A DNA stretch of 55,776 nt from Candidatus Saccharimonadota bacterium (GTDB taxonomy: Bacteria > Patescibacteriota > Saccharimonadia > Saccharimonadales > JAUPVS01): NCBI GenBank assembly GCA_037139495.1, contig JBAXGG010000002.1, positions 1 through 55,776 of the forward strand, in the 5' to 3' direction. Position numbers and translations under genes: made by a program. This document shows positions 34,428 to 42,423 of the stretch, in pieces (the first letter of the stretch is position 1; each line of letters begins with the position of its first letter). The notes under the pieces were generated by a model. It was given only the letters and a program-made list of their open reading frames with translations, did not search any database and was not told where the DNA came from.

Positions 34428-35777
34428 CTACCACCTTTCTAGTTCGTGTTTAAAATAATCAGCTAAGGTCGATATCTTTGCCTGAGTAAGCTGCCGGTTA
34501 TTGGTGTAGAGTTGGGGAGCAGAGTTTACTTCCAGAATATACCACTTACCGCTGTTTTTGTCTTGCAAAATATCAACCCCCGCTATCTGGCGACGCATAA
34601 CTTCGGCGGCTCGCAACGATATACTAACTACTTGCCCGTCTAATTTGGTCGGGTCAACCAAAATCGCATTAGTGCTACCGACTGTTTTGTTAAGATGGGC
34701 TTTTTGGGGATCCGTATGTGTAACGCCTGACCGACTTATGGCCATATTGACTTCCTTGCCAAGTACCATAACTCGTAAAAAACCATCGTTGGGTATATAC
34801 TTTTGAACTGCAAATAAGCACTCATCCGGCGATTTGTTAAGTAGTTTTATTAGTTCGGACTTATCGTGGATTAAATAGTTATTTTTGCCGCGGTCAGAAA
34901 ATACATCTTTCACCACCGCTGGGAAGCCAATCTGAACAGTAATCTCTTCTATATTAGCCAAAATATAATTTGTTCTGGCGACAAACGCTTTAGGTACACT
35001 AAACGCATGCGTGACAAGCTCCATCATTTCGCTGAGTTTACTGTGCGAAATCATGTAATCAAGTTCTTCATCACGATAAATAACGTTTTTGTAACGCAAG
35101 TAGCTGGCTACAGCCATGGCCTGCTCTAGTTTGTTTTTGCGTGATTTAAGATAAACCAGGTCGTAATCCGCAAGATCTACAAGAGTATCTGCGATAATTA
35201 CGCTAGGGTGTTCATCAATCTTAAAAATCAGTTCATCGTAACTAATAACATCAACCGAGCCACTGAACCCCTTAGCAACTTGTTTAAAAAAACTTTTTGC
35301 TGCGTCATTTGGATTGGAAGTTAAAACAAGTACTTTCTTATTATAGAGGGTCTTTTGGGGTGCCGTTAGTATGTAATTGCGTGATACGTCAACCAAGAAC
35401 CGCTTATTTAAAAAGCGTTTGCCAAGTAAGATTGGAAAATGGTTTTTTGAGCGGTCGGCCAAGTTAAAACGAACGCGGTACCGTTTAGTGCCAAGTTTAA
35501 TCGATAGCAATACAGTATAACGACGCTCACTAATACCAAAAGAGTTCTTAACGCTAGTTACCTTGTAATGGTCAGTGCTTAGCTCTTCGCCCGTAAAATA
35601 GACTGATCCAGCCCCGAATAGACTAAAGGTTAACTTGCCGTCGGATTCCTTAATGTCAGTTGCCCAAATTGCACAACTATCAGCCCCCGTATCAATTTTG
35701 GCAGGTACGTCTTTAATGGGGTGGTCAACAATTTCAACCAACTCATTTCGTCCGATAACAGTGTTAGTAACATCCAT
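34428..35777 (-). CDS. Fusion protein: RimB-like retropepsin/'ATP-dependent zinc protease' domain + second ATP-grasp ligase domain
   Basis: 449 aa. The N-terminal 135 aa carry the PF05618-type signature (GRNELVEI...PAKIDTGADSCAIWA...FPILLGKRFL). The C-terminal part is RimK-like ATP-grasp (FPAVVKD...GKNNYL, AVQKYIP, AGVDIL...WYILEVNSAPQL). There is a 3-nt gap to rimK. Confidence 0.75.
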   Translation of the reverse strand: MDVTNTVIGRNELVEIVDHPIKDVPAKIDTGADSCAIWATDIKESDGKLTFSLFGAGSVYFTGEELSTDHYKVTSVKNSFGISERRYTVLLSIKLGTKRYRVRFNLADRSKNHFPILLGKRFLNKRFLVDVSRNYILTAPQKTLYNKKVLVLTSNPNDAAKSFFKQVAKGFSGSVDVISYDELIFKIDEHPSVIIADTLVDLADYDLVYLKSRKNKLEQAMAVASYLRYKNVIYRDEELDYMISHSKLSEMMELVTHAFSVPKAFVARTNYILANIEEITVQIGFPAVVKDVFSDRGKNNYLIHDKSELIKLLNKSPDECLFAVQKYIPNDGFLRVMVLGKEVNMAISRSGVTHTDPQKAHLNKTVGSTNAILVDPTKLDGQVVSISLRAAEVMRRQIAGVDILQDKNSGKWYILEVNSAPQLYTNNRQLTQAKISTLADYFKHELERW

Positions 35778-35847
35778 CTACCATATTTCCTATATTAAAC
35801 TCTATAATAACATATTTGAGCGTAAAGTTCAATACCTATTATGGGGT

Positions 35848-35970
35848 TTACCGATGTTTTGCAACTCGCAGATATATAAACACGATAGCCAAAACCAGTA
35901 TTGCCAACAGCATAATCATCATCGGAATGAAGCCTTCTGAGTTGCTAGGAGTAAGCGCAAGCTTTTTCAT
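35848..35970 (-). CDS. Possible 40-aa single-TM peptide
   Basis: Hand-found ORF MKKLALTPSNSEGFIPMMIMLLAILVLAIVFIYLRVAKHR, upstream of the RimB-fusion gene. No other support. Confidence 0.3.
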   Translation of the reverse strand: MKKLALTPSNSEGFIPMMIMLLAILVLAIVFIYLRVAKHR

Positions 35971-36011
35971 GTTATAGTTATTATAGACTAAACCCAAAAT
36001 AAACAACATAT

Positions 36012-36758
36012 ATGAGACAAGAAACTACAGGCTCGCAGCCACCCGAAAAAATAAATCCACTGGACGACCCATTGATTATTGAAGCCGCCCGTCGTCTGGT
36101 CGAAAACCCAGATAACCCTGCAAAAGACGCTTACTACGCTAGCGAATGGGAAGAAATTGTTAATATCACGATACGGGCTCAAAGTGATCGTGACAAAGCC
36201 GAATACAGCGCTGAGCATGATCCACTTACCGGACTTCTGAACAAGCGGGGATTTAAAAACTACATGGAAGGCTGGCTTGAAAAAGCACAAAGTGGTGATG
36301 TGGCAGTTATATATATTGATCTGGATAACTTTAAATCAATTAACGATAATATGGGGCACAGAAACGGAGATGCGTTCCTTAAGTCATTTGCTGGCTGGAT
36401 GAGAGAAAGCATTCGCCAAGATAAAGGCCGACTAGGAGATATCCTTTCACACCCTACAGGGTTATCCAGGGATGGAGGTGACGAGTTTATTATTGGTGTT
36501 CTGCTTAACTCTGGTTCCGACAGAGAAGACCACCCAATTACACCTAAAGAAAAATTAAAAATACTGTGCGGTAGGTTAAGACTTAGCTTTAGTGAATTTA
36601 TTGAAAAACACCCCTCTTTCGAGCAGCTGGGGAAAATTAGCATATCACTTAGTGCGGCAATTTGGGAGGAAGATATGACACTAGAAGACCTAAAAGAAAT
36701 TGCAGATAATGAAATGTACAAGGAGAAGGAGAAAAAAAAGAGTCAGCTCCGGGGCTAG
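36012..36758 (+). CDS. GGDEF-domain diguanylate cyclase
   Basis: 248 aa. HDPLTGLLNKRGF, YIDLDNFKSINDNMGH and SRDGGDEFIIG, so the active-site GGDEF is intact. There is no RxxD I-site 5 residues upstream and no obvious sensor domain. The gene is AT-rich (one hand-counted 60-nt line was 30% GC). Confidence 0.85.
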   Translation: MRQETTGSQPPEKINPLDDPLIIEAARRLVENPDNPAKDAYYASEWEEIVNITIRAQSDRDKAEYSAEHDPLTGLLNKRGFKNYMEGWLEKAQSGDVAVIYIDLDNFKSINDNMGHRNGDAFLKSFAGWMRESIRQDKGRLGDILSHPTGLSRDGGDEFIIGVLLNSGSDREDHPITPKEKLKILCGRLRLSFSEFIEKHPSFEQLGKISISLSAAIWEEDMTLEDLKEIADNEMYKEKEKKKSQLRG

Positions 36759-37852
36759 CGCCAAAAACCTTTTTTTTGACCTTGGCTTTCGCCGAAACCT
36801 TCTAGTAATCCATGTTGTTCTTTAGTTAGCTTGATCGGAGTATCAATTACCAAGGTAACTATGTGAGCACCTCGACCACTTCCCCGCATATGTGGGACAC
36901 CGTGGCCGGATAACTTGAAGTCAGTGCCGCTTTGTGTACCAGCTGGTACCTTCATACGGATAGGTCCGTCAACGGTATGAACTTCAATCTCGGTGCCCAA
37001 TGCAGCTGCTACCATACCGACATGTTCTTCGCTTAGTATTAAGTCACCTTCTCGAGTGAAATGTTTGTGCGGCTTAACCCGGACATCTACGTATAAATCA
37101 CCGGTCTCACCACGAGCCATCGCATTACCCTGCTCTCTTAAGCGAATAGTCGTACCATCGTCTATCCCGGCGGGGACTTTTATCTGTAATTCACGGTTTT
37201 TAAATTGCGTACCTTTGCCCCGACAGACTGTACAAACTTTTTCTGGTACTTTGCCACCACCATGACAGGTCGGACAAACTGTAGCCTGCTCAATATTACC
37301 AAAAATAGTTCTTACAGCCTGGTTTACCTGACCGCGTCCCTTACAGGTATCACAAGTTATCATCTCATGACCTGGCTCGACGGTTGTGCCCTCACAATGC
37401 TCGCACGCAATGTCGCTACCATAACGAACTTCAATCTCCGAACCAAAGATGGCATCTTCAAAACTAATATCAACACCAGTGTTAACATCCTGCCCTCGAC
37501 GACGCCTTTGCTGCTGACCGCCAGCTTGGCCTCCGAAAAAGGTACTAAAGATGTCTCCCAGGCCCATATCGCCAAAGTCGAAGTTGATATTTTGGCCCTG
37601 GCCACCAAAACCGGCATACGGATCACCGCCTCCGCTGCCCCCAACGCCAGCGTGACCGAACTGGTCATAACGTTGGCGTTTACTGGTATCCTTTAAAACT
37701 TCGTAGGCTTCATTAATCTCTTTAAACTTGCCTTCATCGCCACCACGATCAGGATGAGACTCAATCGCCTTTTTGCGATAAGCTTTTTTTAGCTCATCAG
37801 CGCTGGCATCTTTACTAACACCTAGAACTTCGTAGTAATCGCGTTTAGCCAT
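36755..37852 (-). CDS. dnaJ: Chaperone DnaJ
   Basis: 365 aa. J domain with HPD (KKAIESHPDRGGD), a G/F region and four CxxCxGxG zinc-finger repeats. Confidence 0.95.
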   Translation of the reverse strand: MAKRDYYEVLGVSKDASADELKKAYRKKAIESHPDRGGDEGKFKEINEAYEVLKDTSKRQRYDQFGHAGVGGSGGGDPYAGFGGQGQNINFDFGDMGLGDIFSTFFGGQAGGQQQRRRRGQDVNTGVDISFEDAIFGSEIEVRYGSDIACEHCEGTTVEPGHEMITCDTCKGRGQVNQAVRTIFGNIEQATVCPTCHGGGKVPEKVCTVCRGKGTQFKNRELQIKVPAGIDDGTTIRLREQGNAMARGETGDLYVDVRVKPHKHFTREGDLILSEEHVGMVAAALGTEIEVHTVDGPIRMKVPAGTQSGTDFKLSGHGVPHMRGSGRGAHIVTLVIDTPIKLTKEQHGLLEGFGESQGQKKGFWR

Positions 37853-38172
37853 TAGTATTCTGGTCCTCCAGGGAATTGCAGCAGGACGTATTCGGCTCCT
37901 GGCTCAGAATCACGTGGCAACCCTGCCACAACTTCATCTTGATCTATTCTATGAAAAATATTACCAATAAAACCGTAAGCTAACTCAATATCTTCACCTT
38001 CAATATCGCCTGATGCTCGTGCAGTAATGATTGCGTCCATCAGATCGGTCAGATTAGTAGGATCATAATTAACTCTTATCTTAAGGGGAGAGTAATTTAT
38101 TTTCTCAGCTGTGTCACCAAAAGTATTTACACAGTGTTGAAAAAGTTCGTTTTCAGCTTCGCTGAGCGGCAT
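37852..38172 (-). CDS. Hypothetical protein inserted between dnaK and dnaJ
   Basis: 106-aa acidic ORF with no recognisable motif. It starts 5 nt after the dnaK stop, and its stop overlaps the dnaJ start (TAATG). Confidence 0.6.
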   Translation of the reverse strand: MPLSEAENELFQHCVNTFGDTAEKINYSPLKIRVNYDPTNLTDLMDAIITARASGDIEGEDIELAYGFIGNIFHRIDQDEVVAGLPRDSEPGAEYVLLQFPGGPEY

Positions 38173-38177
38173 ACCTA

Positions 38178-40094
38178 CTACGCTTCTTTTTCTTTCTTAT
38201 CTTCATCGATAACTTCGCCTTCGACAGGTTCGTCTTTGCGCTTTTTCTTATCGCCATCTTCGGCTGGGGCTTCCTCTTTAGCGGCTTCTTCGTATAGCTT
38301 AGCGCCGATCGGCATAGTCTTGTCACTAAGTTCTTTGGCAGCTGCTTCTAGGATTTCCTTGTCAGCTTTTTCGTCGGCAACAACTTTCTTGGCGACTTCA
38401 ACTGCTTCATCTAGAGTTTTCTTATCCTCGTCCGATATTTTTTCGGCATTGTCAGCTTTTAGTTTTTCAGCCTGATAGACGGCGCTGTCTAGAGTATTAC
38501 GAGCATCGATTGACTCACGCTTCGCTTTGTCTTCTTCAGCATGAGTTTCGGCTTCTTTAGCCATCTTCTCAACTTCTTCTTTACTCAAACCACTACTGTT
38601 CTGAATAGTGATGCTTTGTTCTTTACCAGAGCCTTTGTCTTTGGCGGATACGTTCAAGATGCCGTTGGCATCAAGATTAAAGGTAACTTCGATCTGCGGT
38701 ACGCCACGGGGGGCTGATGGAATTCCATCTAGTACAAAACGGCCAAGTGATTTATTATCGCTAACCATTTCGCGCTCACCCTGTACGACATGAATTTCCA
38801 CCTGAGGCTGATTATCGGCTGCGGTCGAGAAAGTCTCAGACTTGCTAGTAGGAATTGTGCTGTTGCGTTCAATCAGTTTTGTCGACACACCACCTAAAGT
38901 TTCAATTCCAAGGCTTAGTGGCGTTACGTCCAGTAACAGAACATCTTTAACGTCACCTTGTAGCACGCCACCTTGGATGGCGGCACCTATGGCAACAACT
39001 TCGTCGGGGTTAACACCCTTCATTGGATCCTTACCAAATATGGCTTTCACTTTTTCTTGGACAGCTGGCATACGAGTCATACCGCCAACCAGAACGATAG
39101 CATCAATGTCACTGGCTTTAAGGCCGGCATCTTTGAGAGCTTTTTCGCAAGGGATGGCAGTTTTAGCGATCAACTCGCCAACCAGACTTTCCAGCTTAGA
39201 TCGAGTTAATTTATGCTCAAAGTGCTTTGGACCATCGGCGTCGGCAGTCAGGAAAGGCAGGTTAATGTTAATTTCATTCGTAGTCGAAAGCTCAATCTTA
39301 GCTTTTTCAGCTTCATCACGGAGACGCTGCATAGCGGCTTTGTCATCTGTAATATCTAGGCCATGTTCCTTTTTGAACTCGGCAGCAAAATAGTTAACGA
39401 GTACGCGGTCAAAGTCGGCGCCACCAAGGTGAGTATCACCGTTAGTAGATTTAACTTCAAAGACACCGTCACCTAGTTCGAGAATAGAAACATCGAAGGT
39501 ACCACCACCTAGGTCGTAGACAGCGATTTTTTCGTCAGTCTTTTTACCCTTGTCTAGGCCGTAAGCTAGAGCGGCAGCAGTTGGTTCGTTAATAATCCGC
39601 TTAACTTCTAACCCGGCGATTTTACCAGCATCTTTAGTAGCTTGGCGCTGTGAGTCATCAAAGTAAGCTGGTACGGTTATTACAGCTTCTGTAACAGTGT
39701 CGCCCAAGAAACTTTCGGCGTCGGCCTTAAGCTTACCCAAGATCATTGCGCTAACTTCCTCGGGGCTATACTCTTTATCACCCATCTTAACTTTAACGCC
39801 GTTGCCGGACTTTACCATTTCGTAACCCATTAACTTGATGTCACGCTGGACTTCTTTGTCCTGCCAATTACGGCCAATCAAACGCTTTACTTCGTATATA
39901 GTGTTGGTTGGGTTAGTCACCTGTTGGCGTCGAGCCACCTGGCCCACCAAACGCTCACCAGCTTTATTAACAGCTACGACTGACGGTGTTGTTCGGGCAC
40001 CTTCTGAATTAGCAATAATCTCTGGCTTGCCAGCCTGCATTACTGCCATCGCAGAGTTAGTTGTTCCTAGATCAATTCCAATAATTTTTCCCAT
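38178..40094 (-). CDS. dnaK: Chaperone DnaK (Hsp70)
   Basis: 638 aa. [17 protein letters not shown] and [10 protein letters not shown], with the SD AAGGAG upstream. Confidence 0.97.
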   Translation of the reverse strand: MGKIIGIDLGTTNSAMAVMQAGKPEIIANSEGARTTPSVVAVNKAGERLVGQVARRQQVTNPTNTIYEVKRLIGRNWQDKEVQRDIKLMGYEMVKSGNGVKVKMGDKEYSPEEVSAMILGKLKADAESFLGDTVTEAVITVPAYFDDSQRQATKDAGKIAGLEVKRIINEPTAAALAYGLDKGKKTDEKIAVYDLGGGTFDVSILELGDGVFEVKSTNGDTHLGGADFDRVLVNYFAAEFKKEHGLDITDDKAAMQRLRDEAEKAKIELSTTNEININLPFLTADADGPKHFEHKLTRSKLESLVGELIAKTAIPCEKALKDAGLKASDIDAIVLVGGMTRMPAVQEKVKAIFGKDPMKGVNPDEVVAIGAAIQGGVLQGDVKDVLLLDVTPLSLGIETLGGVSTKLIERNSTIPTSKSETFSTAADNQPQVEIHVVQGEREMVSDNKSLGRFVLDGIPSAPRGVPQIEVTFNLDANGILNVSAKDKGSGKEQSITIQNSSGLSKEEVEKMAKEAETHAEEDKAKRESIDARNTLDSAVYQAEKLKADNAEKISDEDKKTLDEAVEVAKKVVADEKADKEILEAAAKELSDKTMPIGAKLYEEAAKEEAPAEDGDKKKRKDEPVEGEVIDEDKKEKEA

Positions 40095-40126
40095 AATTTA
40101 TTCTCCTTTTCGTTTATATTCAAGCT

Positions 40127-40435
40127 TCATAATCTGTCCCCAGTCTCAACTGTTTCGAATTTAATGGCTGCTTGGTTGCAATCACCAAGGATTTGAGCTT
40201 GGGAGCAGGCTCGGAGGCCAGATTCCAGCTCCACAGGTATATCTTTAGCCGCTGCCTGTTCAACGGCCACCCTCTCGAAGACGTCAGGGTTATGTATAAG
40301 TGTACCTGCTGTTACAAACTTACTTATTTCACGAACGGCTTGCCGAAAATCTACGCCAATACTTTTTCCGCTATCCTCTAGGATTATCCTAGCTTCGCAA
40401 TTATCACATGGTACTAAGGGGTGTTGTAATCTCAT
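40127..40435 (-). CDS. Hypothetical Cys-containing protein inserted between grpE and dnaK
   Basis: 102-aa ORF. Its start overlaps the grpE stop (ATGA). It has CDNC near the N-terminus plus two later Cys residues (C77, C86). No recognisable family. Confidence 0.55.
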   Translation of the reverse strand: MRLQHPLVPCDNCEARIILEDSGKSIGVDFRQAVREISKFVTAGTLIHNPDVFERVAVEQAAAKDIPVELESGLRACSQAQILGDCNQAAIKFETVETGDRL

Positions 40436-40899
40436 TTTGCAACCTCCATGCGTACTTTGACCATGGCATGCCTGATTACATTCTCGCCTAGGCGATAGCC
40501 AGGTTGAAGTTCCTCAAACACAACCTCAACTGTTCCTTCGCCTTCGTCCATGCTAATGGCCTCATGAACTTGTGGGTCAAAAACTTCACCAACAGTCTTA
40601 ATACGTTCCACTCCCATGGTGAAAAGAGTTGATTCGAACTGTTTAACAACGCCCTGAACACCTTTGACGTAATCGTTTCCAACCAGCTCAGCTGGAACAT
40701 GCTTTAAGGCTCGCTCGAAGTTGTCAATAACTGGCAGTAGTTCAGTAATGACATCGGCTTTAACGTGGTTTTTTAGGCCACCTAGTTGAGCATCATGTTG
40801 GCGGCGGACATTACTGACATCGGCCCGCTCCCTCTGCAAAGCACCGGTAAGGTCGGAAATCTGTTCGTGCAACTGAGCGATGGTTGGTTTTTTAGGCAT
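40432..40899 (-). CDS. grpE: Nucleotide exchange factor GrpE
   Basis: 155 aa with the GrpE C-terminal signature (LLPVIDNFERAL ... FDPQVHEAIS ... GYRLGENVIRHAMVKV). Confidence 0.9.
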   Translation of the reverse strand: MPKKPTIAQLHEQISDLTGALQRERADVSNVRRQHDAQLGGLKNHVKADVITELLPVIDNFERALKHVPAELVGNDYVKGVQGVVKQFESTLFTMGVERIKTVGEVFDPQVHEAISMDEGEGTVEVVFEELQPGYRLGENVIRHAMVKVRMEVAK

Positions 40900-41593
40900 A
40901 AAGGCGATCCTCCAAAGTCCGTCCGGCGTGTTCGACGAGACGCATTACATCACGATACTGCTGTCGGGTGGGCCCTAATACACCTATATAACTATCGTCG
41001 CTGTAAGGGCTACGGAATTTACTGATAATTAATGAACACTGGGCGCTACGACCAATCGGATTTTCGCTACCTATGTAAACACTCAAGGGCTTGTTGGGTG
41101 AGGCTTCTTTAAGCCAGGGCTCTAGGTTATCCAGCAACCTCGCAACTTGCTGGACTTGTACGCCGTTTATAAACTCTGGTTGACCGAAAAGATTGGACAG
41201 ACCGCTCATGTATAGTTGATCGCCAATTGTTGCCAAACCCAGGTTGTGAGTTAGCTCAACTAAAGTATCAACAGTGTTTCGAATAGTGCGTTCCGGTAGA
41301 CCGCCGCTTTCGGCTCGTGCCGCTAGAGCTCGCGAGCCTCGACTGACTGGCTCTTCTAGTTCGTTGGCTAGATTATTAACGTACAGGCGGTAGCCTTTAT
41401 CAGTTGGGACTCGGCCAGCGCTGGTGTGAGGCTGCATAATAAAACCGGCTCTTTCTAGTTCAGCCATTTCGGCGCGAATCGTAGCTGAAGAAACGTTAAA
41501 AAGTTTGGCCATCAAGCTAGAGCCTACCGGGCTGGCAACCTCGGCGTACTGCTCTACAATGGCGGCTAAAATCTTTTGCTGTCGTTCGGTCAT
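40892..41593 (-). CDS. hrcA: Heat-inducible repressor HrcA, short form
   Basis: The N-terminal winged helix (TERQQKILAAIVEQYAEVASPVGS...SSATIRAEMAELERAGFI.QPHTSAGRVPTDKGYRLYV) is typical. At 233 aa from the ATG at 41593 it is shorter than the usual ~340 aa. Confidence 0.85.
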   Translation of the reverse strand: MTERQQKILAAIVEQYAEVASPVGSSLMAKLFNVSSATIRAEMAELERAGFIMQPHTSAGRVPTDKGYRLYVNNLANELEEPVSRGSRALAARAESGGLPERTIRNTVDTLVELTHNLGLATIGDQLYMSGLSNLFGQPEFINGVQVQQVARLLDNLEPWLKEASPNKPLSVYIGSENPIGRSAQCSLIISKFRSPYSDDSYIGVLGPTRQQYRDVMRLVEHAGRTLEDRLYA

Positions 41594-41604
41594 GATATTT
41601 ATGC

Positions 41605-41631
41605 TTGCCACTAACATGGAGTTAGTGCCAA
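41605..41631. promoter_or_regulatory. Second inverted repeat TTGCCACTAAC-N5-GTTAGTGCCAA upstream of hrcA
   Basis: 10 of 11 arm positions are complementary. Its half-site is related to the CIRCE-like element 20 nt away. Confidence 0.4.
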
Positions 41632-41650
41632 TGTGTACATTTTACCGCTT

Positions 41651-41677
41651 TTGGCACTCCTTAGTCAAGAGTGCCAA
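41651..41677. promoter_or_regulatory. CIRCE-like HrcA operator (TTGGCACTC-N9-GAGTGCCAA)
   Basis: A perfect 9-bp inverted repeat with a 9-nt spacer. It matches the CIRCE consensus TTAGCACTC-N9-GAGTGCTAA except for one symmetric A-to-G change. It lies in the hrcA / kinase-like divergent intergenic region. Confidence 0.8.
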
Positions 41678-41713
41678 CTTGCAATGTCGCCCCTGTAAAC
41701 ATACAATAAGGGG

Positions 41714-42319
41714 ATGGAAGATATAAAACTTTGGCTTAAAAACGGATCTATCAACTTTTTTGGAAAACCATTTGCTGGCAAGGACACTTGCGCTGATTCT
41801 TTAGCCAAATTACTAGGTGCCTCGGTAATTGGTGGTGGCGATATACTAAGGAATAATTCAGCTCACGCTTCAACTCAAGCCAAAGTTGAGGATGGTAGCT
41901 TGGCCCCTAGCGATGAATACCTTAGCATCGTTCTGCCCTACTTTGCCCAATCGGAGTTCGCCAACAAACCATTGGTCCTCAGCTCGGTCGGACGCTGGCA
42001 TGGTGAAGAACCGGGCGTTCTTAAAGCTACAGACAAGTCAGGTCACCCGCTAAAAGTAGTGATATTTATTGATATTGACGAATCCGAAACTCGCCAACGC
42101 TGGCAAGCTGCCCAGAAACTGGCCGATAGAGGCCAACGTAAAGATGATGCTAAACATGTACTCGATAAAAGGCTTGAAGAATTTGCCAATAAAACCATGC
42201 CCGTCTTAGATTTTTACAGGCAAAAAGGCATCTTAATCGAAGTTAACGGAAGACAGAGTCGCCAGGCTGTTTTGCAAGAAGTTATTAATAAGCTAGCTAA
42301 ATTTATTAATAAAAAATAG
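41714..42319 (+). CDS. Adenylate kinase-like nucleoside-monophosphate kinase
   Basis: 201 aa. P-loop FGKPFAGKDT, with an NMP-binding-like GGGDILR. It is divergent from canonical Adk. Confidence 0.6.
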   Translation: MEDIKLWLKNGSINFFGKPFAGKDTCADSLAKLLGASVIGGGDILRNNSAHASTQAKVEDGSLAPSDEYLSIVLPYFAQSEFANKPLVLSSVGRWHGEEPGVLKATDKSGHPLKVVIFIDIDESETRQRWQAAQKLADRGQRKDDAKHVLDKRLEEFANKTMPVLDFYRQKGILIEVNGRQSRQAVLQEVINKLAKFINKK

Positions 42320-42423
42320 GTTTATTGGTGGGGTCAGCCTTATATTCAGCAGCAATGGTATTTTTACCACTTAGTTATTTGTGCTTATGTAGTGTTTCTG
42401 GTTGTAATCGGGTTCAGTATAGC

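Noticed and set aside
36260-36721. Long antisense ORFs lying inside well-supported genes. Examples are 36260-36721 within the GGDEF gene, 38134-38475 and 38842-39393 within dnaK, 31447-32007 across the cupin and phosphatase genes, 16199-16783 within the P-type ATPase and 22288-22623 within rny.
   Set aside because: Each lies entirely opposite a gene with strong family motifs. They have low-complexity or Ser/Leu/Arg-rich translations and no motifs of their own, which is typical of antisense shadow ORFs.
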